Shown: positions 16,808-26,520 of the stretch, piece by piece
Position numbering within the stretch: position 1 is the stretch's first letter
How the letters are laid out: the number at the start of each line of letters is the position of its first letter
Assembly: GCF_000014265.1 (NCBI RefSeq)
Contig: NC_008312.1
Location: forward strand, 1,620,001-1,652,000
From: Trichodesmium erythraeum IMS101
Lineage (GTDB): Bacteria; Cyanobacteriota; Cyanobacteriia; Cyanobacteriales; Microcoleaceae
Reading direction: 5' to 3'
DNA: 32,000 bases
Program-made: the position numbers and the translations under genes
The notes under the pieces: generated by a model
What the model was told of the DNA's origin: nothing
The model's input: only the letters and a program-made list of their open reading frames with translations
The model's database searches: none

Positions 16808-18328
16808 TTAGAACTCCAGTCTTTGATACTCGGCAACTGAAGATGCAGCAGGCCGCGCACGTTGTCTAGCCCAATCTCTTAGAGCAGTAACTTGCTCTGT
16901 CATGGTCTTCGATAACGGTAGTGTAGATTTAATTGCGGCAATAATATCTAGCTGTGTAAATTCTCTATCTTGAGCAAATGCTTCATACATAGCAGCAATT
17001 ATGGCTTGCTCTATTTCTGCACCTGAAAAGCCATCGGATACATTAGATAGTTGATCCAGATCGAAGCGTTCAATATCTCGACGTCTTTTTATTAGGTGAA
17101 TTTGGAAAATATCTTGGCGTTCTTCTTTGTTTGGTAAGTCTACAAAGAAAATTTCATCAAACCTACCTTTTCTCAAAAACTCTCCTGGTAGACGTTCTAC
17201 CCGGTTGGCAGTTGCCATAACAAACACTGGAGAAGTTTTTTCCTGCATCCAAGTTAGGAATGAGCCAAATATCCGACTAGAAGTACCTCCATCAGAATCA
17301 GCTGAACCTGTACTACCTGCAAAGGCTTTATCTAACTCATCTATAAATAAAATAGCAGGTGAAATTGATTCAGCTGTTCTGAGAGCATTTCGCAAGTTAG
17401 CCTCTGAGCGTCCTACCATTGAACCATCGTATACACGTCCCATATCTAATCGCAATAAAGGTAGACCCCATAGACCAGATGTAGTTTTTGCTATCAGAGA
17501 CTTGCCACATCCAGGTATTCCTAGAATCAACATTCCCTTTGGTTGAGGTAGTCCATATTCTCGGGCACGCTCTGTAAAGGCATCAGAACGTTGCCTTAAC
17601 CAATGTTTCAACTCCTCTAGACCACCTACAGCATTTATAGTTTCGTCCTTTTCGATGTATTCTAGTATACCGTTGCGCCTGATGAGCTGTTTTTTCTCAG
17701 AAAGTACAATGTCAACTTCCTTTTCAGTTAGGCGTCCTGCTGTTACTTGAGCTTTACGATATACTTTTTCGGCTTCATCTTTTGTCAAACCCAGAGCTGC
17801 TTTTAGTAGTTTTTCTCTTGTTTCTGTAGAAATACGTCGGTTTTTAGCAGAATCTAATTGTCCTGAGAGAACTTGATTTAATTCTTTCATATCTGGCAAT
17901 GGAAAGTCAAGGACAACTACTTCCTTTTCTAATTCTATGGGTACATTTTGCACAGGAGACATTAATATAATTGTCTTTTTTGTACCTTTAAAACTAGCTA
18001 TCGCATCTCTTAACCACCTAGTAACTGGTGGTGAATCGATAAAAGGATGTAAATCCTTGAATACATATATTCCAGCGCCAGTGTTAGGATCTCGCTGCCT
18101 AATTACCCACTCTATAGCTGACTCGGGCGAGACTGTATTGTGCTGAGTCGTATTTTTGCTCTGATCATAGTCTGTAATACCGTGAGTCACTGTCCAAACA
18201 AATACTTTGCGCTGTAGTTTTCTCTGAGCTAATGCTAAAATTGCCTGCTCTGACCGCTCTTCCTCGGAGGTTACGAGGTAGATCAAAGGATATTGAGCTT
18301 CGATTAGAATATTGAGTTCTTCTTTCAT
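16808..18328 (-). CDS. ycf46: AAA+ ATPase, Ycf46-like
   Basis: A 506 aa ORF with a ~250 aa N-terminal domain followed by one classic AAA module. Walker A is GIPGCGKS and Walker B is ILFIDELD. The second region of homology is VMATANRVERLPGEFLRKGRFDEIF. The size and architecture match cyanobacterial/plastid Ycf46. Confidence 0.85.
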   Translation of the reverse strand: MKEELNILIEAQYPLIYLVTSEEERSEQAILALAQRKLQRKVFVWTVTHGITDYDQSKNTTQHNTVSPESAIEWVIRQRDPNTGAGIYVFKDLHPFIDSPPVTRWLRDAIASFKGTKKTIILMSPVQNVPIELEKEVVVLDFPLPDMKELNQVLSGQLDSAKNRRISTETREKLLKAALGLTKDEAEKVYRKAQVTAGRLTEKEVDIVLSEKKQLIRRNGILEYIEKDETINAVGGLEELKHWLRQRSDAFTERAREYGLPQPKGMLILGIPGCGKSLIAKTTSGLWGLPLLRLDMGRVYDGSMVGRSEANLRNALRTAESISPAILFIDELDKAFAGSTGSADSDGGTSSRIFGSFLTWMQEKTSPVFVMATANRVERLPGEFLRKGRFDEIFFVDLPNKEERQDIFQIHLIKRRRDIERFDLDQLSNVSDGFSGAEIEQAIIAAMYEAFAQDREFTQLDIIAAIKSTLPLSKTMTEQVTALRDWARQRARPAASSVAEYQRLEF

Positions 18329-18480
18329 AGTCCTTGACCTAGTAGAGACGGTACAAAGTTTACAGTGGCTGAATTAAGATTTTCCTTTTTTTCCCTACCA
18401 GATTATGAATTCTAAGAGACTTATTATAAATTATCTCTCTTAATTAGTCATCATATCTAGATTTTTGCTACAGCTTAGTG

Positions 18481-18831
18481 TTAGCAGGGAACTAACTCTT
18501 GTTCTCCCGGTTGAACCTCAGACTTTTCTATTTCTGGGGCTTGCTTAACGGGAATATTTTCGTCTACCAATACGTTTGGCTGATTTTTTATGGATACCAG
18601 TTCTCCTTCTCGGACTATAAGTGAGCTTGTACACTCTGGACAACTGTATACCCGGTGGGTCTGTCCATATCTTGAACTTGAGTCATCAATTACTTCTGGG
18701 TTTTCTAGATAGAAAAGAATCGCCCTTTCTGCTATTGATGACATTGGTTCCGAGTCAACTGCAGCCCTTATTTTGAGCTTACGATGCAGTTCTGGTTGAA
18801 TATATAGTGTAACTTTTTGCTTATCTTGCAT
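18481..18831 (-). CDS. Small protein with ribbon-helix-helix-like N-terminus and a single CxxC
   Basis: A 116 aa ORF. KVTLYIQPELHRKLKIRAAVDSEPMSSIAERAILFYL has a beta-strand/helix/helix pattern like CopG/ParG RHH proteins. This is followed by YSCPECTSS and an acidic Pro-rich tail. The fold assignment is an inference. Confidence 0.55.
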   Translation of the reverse strand: MQDKQKVTLYIQPELHRKLKIRAAVDSEPMSSIAERAILFYLENPEVIDDSSSRYGQTHRVYSCPECTSSLIVREGELVSIKNQPNVLVDENIPVKQAPEIEKSEVQPGEQELVPC

Positions 18832-18866
18832 ATTACAGTCAACTTGTTTACCCGGGTATATTCTTT

Positions 18867-18895
18867 ACATTAACGGCTCTTTTCGGGAATGTCAA
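18867..18895 (-). promoter_or_regulatory. Sigma70-type promoter candidate for the RHH-like gene
   Basis: The minus strand has TTGACA (18895-18890), a 17-nt spacer and TAATGT (18872-18867), about 35 nt upstream of the ATG at 18831. The motif ttctttacatt occurs twice (18862 and 18933). Confidence 0.4.
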
Positions 18896-19189
18896 GCCAT
18901 TAAACCGCTTTAACTCTACTATTGTAATATTTCTTTACATTTATACTCTATAACTAACCCTAAATAAAGGCTGTATTATCTACTGTGTAAAACTTACAGA
19001 TTTTTTTATCAATTATATTTATTGAATAGTAAGGAGTAGGAAATAAGGAGTTAGGAGTTAGAAGTAAGAATTGGCCTTTGATTTTTCTAGTTTTGTGTGG
19101 CCAAAATCGCATTACAGTTCTAGGGATTCTAGGGACTTAAAACCTGGCATTTTTTTTACAAATATTTTTGTTGAATAAAATATTGGGCG

Positions 19190-19905
19190 TTGCTGAATCA
19201 AGGGATAAATTCTATTGGGAAGAGGTACATCCCAAAACTTAAGATAGTTAACTAGTAGTTTGATAGAATGATTGAGCATCTTTATTAACTTGGAATAACA
19301 TAGTGTTTTGCCTTGTTTTAGGAGCTAAATAATGCCTCAGATATGTATTTTATCCCTCAAGTCAAGTCATGTAGGTCTTGCTCACAATCTGATCGCCATC
19401 GGGAATATATTAGGGGGTAGACTTTCAACACATCAGTAACATAGAAGAAGGAATACCTAAGTATGACTATCTGCCACAGAGGTTCAAAAGTATCGGCGCT
19501 ATGATCTCCTATGACCCAAGCTAAGATACCCTCTTGGAAGTAATTAACTGCTCTCCTGTGCTAGATTTTCTTTATTTTTCAACTGACCAGACAAAAGTTT
19601 GCAGTTTTTCAAGTTCCCCAACTTCAGGAGTTTCTTTAGGGTCTAAGGCATCTAGTAACTGTGCTCCCACCAACTTGACCCATAGAATCACGGTAGTATG
19701 GTAAATCCCTGTTACTCTATCTATTCCCCGAAAGCCCATACCAGAACGCGTACATTTTTAAGCAGATTTGACGAGTATTTTTACTATATCTTGGTTGTGG
19801 TTGAGTTTGAGGATGAGATACTTGCTTCACGGTCACAATTGATACAAATGTGGTTTTGCCTCTCACATCTTTTACCATTAGATCCGAATATGTTTGAAAA
19901 GGATT
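19190..19905 (-). pseudogene. IS1-family transposase pseudogene
   Basis: The reverse-strand fragments are KDVRGKTTFVSIVTVKQ..., ICLKMYAFWYGLSGNR, DLPYYRDSMGQVGG, GILAWVIGDHSADTFEPLWQIV, FFYVTDVLKVYPLI and LTILSF. They follow the order of IS1 InsA/InsB motifs (CLKMY.NG.G.R.IERVTG..HTTVI.WVK; ILAWVLGDRS..TF..LW; FYVTDGW.VYP). There are many stops. Confidence 0.7.
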
Positions 19906-19908
19906 AAG

Positions 19909-20715
19909 TGACATAGAATGGAAGTTATTTGAAGATATTTTTCCTATTTCACCAAAAAAAATAGGTAAATATATAGTATACCTCATGCTCCCCGTACAAT
20001 ATGTACAATCATACTCTTCTCTACATAATATTAATAACAGGTTGTCGTTGGTGTGATGTACCACCTTGAGAGATTTGTGCCTCCAAGAGTTCAGTACACA
20101 GATGGCTGAAGCGTTGGGAAGAAGATGGAACTCTCAAATACCTACAAGGACGAATTTTAGGAATTGCAGAAAACTAAGGACTAATCAATTGGAGCTACAC
20201 AGCCGTGGTCGGCTTTTTTTCCTCTGGTCAGGGTAGAGGAGAGGATGTAGCTTACGGCCATGAAGGGAAGGGGATTTTAATTCATACCTTGAGGGAAGGT
20301 GCAGGGATTACCAGTAGCTAACTGTACTACCGCCGCTAATGGCAATGAAAGAGAACAGCTAATTCCCTTAATTGATAGTACTAAGTGTGAAAACTTAAAA
20401 ACGGGGCCGTCCACGTAAGCGATTCCAAGTCATTGCCACTGAGAAAGGATATGATTGTCAACGAGAAAGACAAGCAATGTATCGAAGAGGGATTAGACCT
20501 CAACTGCCCAAACGACTTGGGAAAGGCAAAAAGAAACCAGGACGAGGGATAAAAATTTTTGTACCTCGTTTTAAACAAGAGGGTTGTTTTGCCTGATATC
20601 AACGTAAATATTGTCGCCTAGTTGTACGATGGGAGCTTATTTCTGCTTGTTTTAGTACTTTTATAGTGATCGCCACTATACTTATGTGGATTAATCGCAT
20701 TTTATTAGTGGAATA
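19909..20715 (+). pseudogene. IS5-family transposase pseudogene
   Basis: DIEWKLFEDIFP..., then KRGRPRKRFQVIATEKGYDCQRERQAMYRRGIRPQLPKRLGKGKKKPGRGIKIFVPRFKQEGCFA*YQRKYCRLVVRWELISACF...ILLVE*. This matches the IS5-group pattern (GRPRKR...ADKGYD...RGIRPQIP...RF.ER.FAW.QRKYRRLVVRWER). There are several stops and frameshifts. Confidence 0.8.
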
Positions 20716-20719
20716 GGTT

Positions 20720-21294
20720 TGTCTGTGATATTTATAATTTCTTGAAAAGCTTGTATTGCAAGTACATCATAAAAATATTGATTTGTCAATAAAATTTTAG
20801 ATGAGTTTACCCTGATTTCTGCTATTTTCCAATAATGAGTTTTTATACTCTTACTAGATGGTTTTACCAGTATCTTAAATCCTTGTTTGTTGACTTAACT
20901 TTTCATTACCATTAAGTGAATCCTAGGAAGTCCCGGGTTTATTTCCTTTATATTCCTCCAAGGTATGGGCAATTTTAGTTTTTTCTGGTTTTACTTCTCA
21001 TCCTATCTGGGTTAGCCATTCCTGTATTACGGCTTTTGCTTGTAACACTACTTTGAGGTTTTTGTGTAAGATAACTTTGTTATCAGCATAGCGTATGAAG
21101 GATAATGCCTTTTTCTAATTTTGCGTTACTCCAGGTAAGGTATTCGGCCAATTTATTTAAGCATTTTTCTATCCCGTATCGTATAGGGCAATGTTTGCAC
21201 TTTAGGGGAATAATTACCGCTCCCTATGGTTTACCTTCTACAGTCTTTGAGAACTTTTTACTGTCGAATACCCCAGATTTAACCATTGTTTGAT
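20720..21294 (-). pseudogene. Group II intron reverse transcriptase/maturase relic, 5'-truncated
   Basis: The reverse strand reads GAVIIPL (decayed GGVISPLLAN), then FIRYADNKVILHKNLKVVLQAKAVIQEWLTQIG*EVKPEKTKIAHTLEEYKGNKPG. The RT domain 5-7 motif YADD is here YADN, and L.PEKT.I.H is present. It is cut off at 21295 by the IS630 relic. Confidence 0.7.
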
Positions 21295-22120
21295 TATAGT
21301 GGTTTTCACAAATATAGACTAAAGTAACAACAGTGAGTAAACCAGTTGCGTAACATTTTAGGAGTAACTAAATCCATCAAAGTAGCGATCGCCTGTTCTA
21401 ATTGTTCACTAGTTGTGGCTAATTTTTTTTAAATGGTCTTTAAGGCTTAGGAGATAGATAAATTAATCTTGCCCCCACAGCTTCAATAGCTTCAGAGGTA
21501 CCTTTAACCTTATGAGCTGGCAAATTATCTCCAACCACAACTGCTCTGGGGCCATAATTCAGGGACTAGTAGTTCTGCCATAAAAGTTTTAAATACCTTG
21601 CCACTGGTTCAATACATTGATGGTCATAGTTTTGAGGACTTGTTTGAAAATGATTGCTCCGATGAGGTTAATCATTTGACCATGAAGATAGGGTGCTACA
21701 CTGTTTTTTTTGCGAGGAGGGTTTGTATCCTTGTAAGAAACGACTCATTGTAGGAATGCTCACTTTAATAACTGTATCTGTTGCGAATTTTTGACACAGT
21801 TGTTCTAGGGTTAAATCCTTGTTTAGCTCTAATTATTCTAGAGTTTTGTGCTTATATGGCTCAAGTTTTCCTGTTTGAGAATGGCCAATAAGTATTAGTT
21901 CTAGAGTATTTTCCTTCCGATAAGGTGAAATTACTCTTGTAATCAAGCTTAAACTAACTCGAAAACCCTGGGCGATAAGTCTATAGATACTTTCACCTTC
22001 AGTATATATTTCTAAGATTTTTTCTCTCAAGTCTATAGAAAGAATATGGTTTCATCTGGCCGCTCGTTAGTTTTTTCTATTTGCTAAAATTGTTGTCTAC
22101 TTTTGTGAAAAACGCCATAA
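21295..22120 (-). mobile_element. IS630-family element relic with recognisable TIRs and a decayed, internally shortened transposase
   Basis: The TIRs are tatagtggttttcacaaatatagac (21295-21319) and gtctacttttgtgaaaaacgccata (22095-22119). The reverse-strand HTH is the track ORF 21833..22030. The C-terminus reads EQAIATLMDLVTPKMLRNWFTHCCYF, typical of this IS630 subgroup. Confidence 0.8.
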
Positions 22121-22166
22121 ATACATATTTTTCTACCTTCTTCCAGTTGATCTTTTTCTATTTAAT

Positions 22167-23559
22167 CAGGACTTACGCAAAGACACTATATATAGCGCAT
22201 GACAACTTCGACGAACTTCACTATAGTCATGTGCGTTAGCGGAGCTTTGCGTTAGCAATCGCCTAACTATTTTGACTCAAAAAACCTTGAGTTTTTCAAG
22301 TCAAATAACTTTCATTTTAATTGAAGGATTTTTCAATTGATCGGTTAGATATTTTGATAATAATTCATGCTTAACTTGATAAATACTTTTGCCTATTTTA
22401 GTAGCAAATCTTTTTAATAAGTTCCACACTAACATTGCACAAACAATATGATTTTTCTGAATTATTCGCAGACGACACTGACAAAATCTTAAACCTGTTA
22501 ACTGACAAAATCTTAAACCTGTTAATTGCTTAATTTCTCTATTAAATTCTTCGATTTTCCATCTAGTTTGAGATTCAAACTCTACATCATAAGAGTGATG
22601 ATTGAGTCAAGTCATTAGTGACAATATATTCTGCTGAAGTTGGCAGATACACCTAATCCAAAATATTTTCACCTTTTGGCAGAGTGGAAACCCTTTAATT
22701 AGAATTATTTTTCCTGACTTTTTTTCAGCTTCATTCCAATTTAAATCTTGAACTTTTTTGTATTTTTCTGCACCTCGTGTATCATCAACGCGCGCGATTA
22801 CTTTTTAAAGGACAGTAGTAAATTTTTCCTAAGTTATCTATTAATCCCATTAATCTTTGTGTTGCATACCCAAATCCATTAATACTGTTTTAAATGGTAT
22901 TTTCTTATTATTTATGGCATTAAGTATCATTTCTTCAACACTCTTCTATTTTTGTTTTCTTGTCAGTATCTGGGTCATAAATTCTATAATCTATAATCCA
23001 TAATTGTTCATTTTGGGGATTAAAATATACACAATTAACTATTCCAAGACCCACGAACTTCGCAGCTGATAGAACGCAAACAACTTGATGAACCTATACC
23101 ACTATATTGTCGTCGTGTAAGTTCAATATTATATCCATACTTTTTATTAATTACTGTGTCATCAAAAATTAAATAAGCTTCTGTATCACCAAACAAATTC
23201 TTCTTGAACATTTCGCCATAAATCTTCTGAATTTAAAGACTCTGCTCTTAAATAGTGATTTATTGTATCATGGCTAATATTTTCACTCTGGATTTGCGGC
23301 GTAGCGTTATAGTAAAATTTGTGTGAGATTTAAGTAAATATTGACAGTAGTCAACAAAATTAAAATTCATATTTTTGAACTAATATAATCCTGTCATTAT
23401 CATCTAATAATTAAAGCTTTTTAGCAAGTTAATTTAACCTAATTGTAACTTTGTTTAAAGATACATTAAAAGTAATATCTATCTGAAAAAAAACTAATTA
23501 TAGTATGGAGAATTTTATATCGACAGTACGCTATATATAGCGTACTTGCGTAAGTCCCG
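22167..23559 (-). mobile_element. IS4-superfamily (DDE) insertion sequence relic with ~30 bp TIRs and a 5 bp target duplication
   Basis: The TIRs are caggacttacgcaaagacactatatatagcg (from 22167) and cgctatatatagcgtacttgcgtaagtcccg (to 23559). TTAAT flanks both ends (22162-22166 and 23560-23564). The reverse-strand relic reads NISHDTINHYL...KIPFKTVLMDLGMQ...TRWKIEEFNREIKQLTGLRFCQ...HIVCAMLVWNLLK, with many stops. Confidence 0.8.
22479..22526. repeat. Perfect 24 bp tandem duplication inside the IS4-like relic
   Basis: ctgacaaaatcttaaacctgttaa occurs at 22479-22502 and again at 22503-22526. It duplicates the peptide LTGLRFCQ on the minus strand. Confidence 0.9.
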
Positions 23560-23781
23560 TTAATGTTTGGGTTAACACTGGCCTGGGTGGGTATATCATA
23601 GTTATCCCATACGACTGGACGCTCTACAGCTAAAATGGTTCATTAGAATCCCCCGCTAAAAGTTACTATTGCTATTAAAGAGCGATCCCTCTTTAATAGA
23701 AAGTCAAAAACAGGTAAACGCTCTTTAATAGACAGCTAAAAACAGACAATTACTAACAATAGATAATCAAAAACAGGGGAT

Positions 23782-24361
23782 TTATCCCTGTTCGGGAGCT
23801 TCAAACAGAGGATAAAGATGTTGCAATTTGACTCTGGCATCCTCAGTGGAGAAATGCCAAGTGACCTTACTAGCAGTTTGATTATGCTCTTAATTGCATG
23901 CTTCTAACTCTTTGTGTAACTCCTCAGTAGTAGGAATATGTCTGTCTAAACACTGTTTACTTAAAATTATCAGTTCAATCTCGGCCACATTTAACCAAAT
24001 GCTATTACCGGGAGTATGATAGATTTCTAAACGTCTAGCTAAGTGATGAGCTTCGGGAGCAGGAAATGCTTCATACAACGAAGCAATGTTATGAGTGTTC
24101 AGATGATCACAAACTAACTTGATTTTTCCAGCTTGGGGATAATTTATATCTAAAAGTTGACGAACTTCACTTGCCTAATCTATAGGAGTATGACTATCCT
24201 AATGGCTCACTCTTCGCCATCCTCTGTTCGGGTCAAAAAACATGAATAAAGCTTGTACTCCTTCACTAGTATAATGATAGTCCTGTTTTTTTGTCTTGAT
24301 GGGGTTTCATTTCTAATGGGTGGGTATAGATGTCTTTGTAACTGTATTGCAGCTTCATCCA
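23782..24361 (-). pseudogene. IS630-family transposase, C-terminal half (pseudogene)
   Basis: DEAAIQLQRHLYPP...LVCDHLNTHNIASLYEAFPAPEAHHLARRLEIYHTPGNSIWLNVAEIELIILSKQCLDRHIPTTEELHKELEACN*...VTWHFSTEDARVKLQHLYP. It includes the track ORF 23890..24078. There are frameshifts and a premature stop. Confidence 0.8.
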
Positions 24362-24423
24362 CCAAACAGCAAGAAAGAAATATTTAAAGATAGCAAAAAA
24401 AAGATGACCAACTCCTAAGGGAA
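24362..24423 (+). pseudogene. IS5/IS1182-superfamily transposase relic, part 1 (5'-truncated)
   Basis: ARKKYLKIAKKR*PTPKG continues across the inserted element into MRKAIKKQLKYVSKHL at 25550. The family assignment is tentative. Confidence 0.55.
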
Positions 24424-24425
24424 TA

Positions 24426-25547
24426 GACATCTCCAAAAATACCCACTTCCCTTACTGTGACTATTTTTAAAGGAATTAGCGCCTAATCCCCCAGATAGTC
24501 ATTTTTTACATACTTTATGGTGTTAGAGATAGTTACTGTTTATTATTCACCATATTGAGCTGTTGTTTTTGTTATCTTCTTTTCTACATACAGTAGGGTT
24601 CATGCTAATATTAATGCTCCTATTCTTAGTCTGACTAAACCACATATTGTTAAAATTACCTTTTCATAATTATATTCTTTTAATCTGAACCTTTCTCTAA
24701 CTATTCCAAATATTTTGAGCAACCTAATAACATGTTCCACAAAGATTCTCTTTTTAGCTAATTTCAAGTTATTTTCTTTCATTTTTGGTGACATTTCTTG
24801 TTTTCTAGGCTTTTTTTTTGGTGTTATAGTTCTCTCTGCTCCTTGATACCCTTTATCTCCCTGAAATTTTTGTTCTTTATCAAATTTTGAAAGTTGTTTT
24901 ATGAGTAAATTTACATCGCTTTCTGGACCTCTTTTTCCCACATTCACATCTACTATTTCTGTACCTTTTTCTGTCGTTATTATTTGGTTTTTTAATGTAT
25001 GGTTTTTCTTTTTTCCAGAGTAATATTTTTTCTGTTTATCATCAGAGTATGGCCTATATATGCTTTGTTCTGTACTATCTACAATTAATTCTTGTTCTGT
25101 TAAAATTTCTTGTATCCATAAATATTCGTCTTCTTTTTTTTGAAATTGTTCTAACAAGCTACTAGGCAGTAACTCTTGTAATATATCTATCCAAAGCCTG
25201 AAAAATATTATTTGCTGTTGATGAGCTGACACCAAAGTATATTCCTAGTATTTGGAATGTGGGGAAATGGCGTAAATAGTATAAAGTTAAGATGATTTCT
25301 TCCTCGAGTTTTAAGCTTTTTTTTCTGACTATAGTCTTTTTTCTTGACTAGCGATCGCCTGTCTTTTTTTTAATGCAAGTCTTTGAGCATTTCCTAATAT
25401 TTTTTTAAATTGCTCATTGGTAATCCCAATAACTCTTTTTATTTCTTTTGGGTGGTTATTAATATATTCTAATATCTGAGTCATTAGTATATAGTTTTTA
25501 CAAATTTTTCATGACAATTATACCTTAATTTTTATTTTGGAGATGTC
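24426..25547 (-). mobile_element. IS5-family (DDE_Tnp_4 type) insertion sequence, the least decayed element in the window
   Basis: The TIRs are gacatctccaaaa (24426-) and ttttggagatgtc (-25547). They are flanked by TA at 24424-25 and 25548-49. The element carries a near-complete transposase gene. Confidence 0.8.
24600..25484 (-). pseudogene. DDE_Tnp_4-type transposase with one in-frame stop and one frameshift
   Basis: From the ATG at 25484 it reads MTQILEYINNHPKEIKRVIGITNEQFKKILGNAQRLALKKRQAIASQEKRL*SEKKSLKLEEEIILTLYYLRHFPTFQILGIYFGVSSSTANNIF. The frame then slips in a T-run into the track ORF 24600..25235 (...WIDILQELLPSSLLEQ...DSTEQSIYRP...YYSGKKKNHTLKNQ...GDKGYQG...RIFVEHVIRLLKIFGIV). Confidence 0.8.
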
Positions 25548-25549
25548 TA

Positions 25550-26487
25550 ATGAGGAAAGCCATCAAAAAACAACTGAAATATGTAAGTAAACACTTAAGC
25601 ACTCAAAAAGCTGTTAATTGAGAATGGTGCCCGTCATGAAAATTTGAGTACTAGATAATATAAAACATTGTTGAATTTCCGTGAAATTTAGCATTAACAA
25701 TAATTGATGTGGGATAACAAAAAACAACGAATAGATGAGATAATAATAATTTTAAATCAATCTTATGTCCGTACAATACTAAGAGTAAAAAGGGTAAAAA
25801 ACACAGAATTTGGAGCTAAAATATCTGCAATTTGTATAGATGGATATATATTTTTACATAGAATAATTTAGGTTGAATATAACAAATCTCAATATTTAAA
25901 AGCTCAAGTTGAATAGGAAAAACTACATAGTTGATTACCAACAATTAGTTCATGTAGAACAAATTTACCTAACATTAGAAAACCAAAAATTATGTGTTGA
26001 ATAGTAGAAAAACTAGATAGGTTATTACCAATAGTTAGTTTATACAGACCAAATTTACCTAACATTAGAAAAGCAAAAATTATGTAAAGAAAAAGGTATT
26101 ATAATCATTGGTTTATGAGGGAATACCGTCCAAAAATATTGATAAATAACAGAAAAAATAAGCTCAGGAGCGATGAAAGATTAGGTCACCATATTGAAGG
26201 TAAATTTGGCCGGATGCAAAAGAGGATTTAGTTATAAAAAGTAATTATTAAACTTTATAAAACTTCCACAACTGCAATCGCAATTACTTTTTTTACTTTC
26301 TTAGTAATCAACCTTTATACCCTGTTAAAAGGGGCTTTGTATCTTTTTTTATAGTTTTTTTGTCTGGGTATTTTTAATAACTTCAACTTTTTTTTGAATA
26401 AATGATGATAATTTTTGATGATCATCAATTTTTTATTTGAATAAAAATCAACCGTTTTCAGACTTTTTCAGTAAACCCTAATGAAAG
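25550..26487 (+). pseudogene. IS5/IS1182-superfamily transposase relic, part 2
   Basis: MRKAIKKQLKYVSKHLSTQKAVN*...SILCPYNTKSKKGKKHRIWS (decayed RPIVRGK...EFGAK)...IEGKFGRMQKRI...TSTTAIAITFF..VINL. The terminus is tcagtaaaccctaa (26468-26481). It is heavily decayed. Confidence 0.6.
25908..26085 (+). repeat. Diverged ~88 bp tandem duplication inside the IS1182-like relic
   Basis: The units start at 25908 and 25996 (gttgaatag...aaatttacctaacattagaaaa.caaaaattatgt). They are about 85% identical by eye. Confidence 0.85.
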
Positions 26488-26520
26488 GTTGATTATGGTT
26501 GTTAATTAAAGTAAAGGTCT

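Noticed and set aside
16413-18146. Track ORFs 16413..16646, 17127..17546 and 17937..18146 (+).
   Set aside because: All are antisense within the ycf35-like or AAA+ genes, which have strong motif support.
16298-18831. Possibility that the AAA+ ATPase with two small partners next to an IS-rich region is a novel anti-phage defence system.
   Set aside because: The ATPase has Ycf46 architecture and the partner is DUF1257/Ycf35-like. As far as I recall, these are core cyanobacterial/plastid families. No nuclease, protease or other effector domain is present. I therefore report it as a conserved module of unknown mechanism instead.
19698-21293. Track ORFs 19698..19907, 19717..20064, 20381..20602 and 21105..21293.
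   Set aside because: They are chance open frames inside or antisense to the IS1, IS5 and group II RT relics.
22120-23630. Short unassigned segments (22120-22166, 23565-23630, 27291-27500) as surviving ribozyme parts of the group II intron.
   Set aside because: I could not recognise a GUGYG 5' end or a domain V-like hairpin by eye. A covariance-model search would be needed, so no call is made.
24600-25235. Track ORF of 211 aa as an intact transposase.
   Set aside because: The first ~10 residues come from the wrong frame. The true N-terminal ~85 aa lies upstream (25236-25484), separated by a frameshift, and contains an in-frame TAG. It is called a pseudogene.
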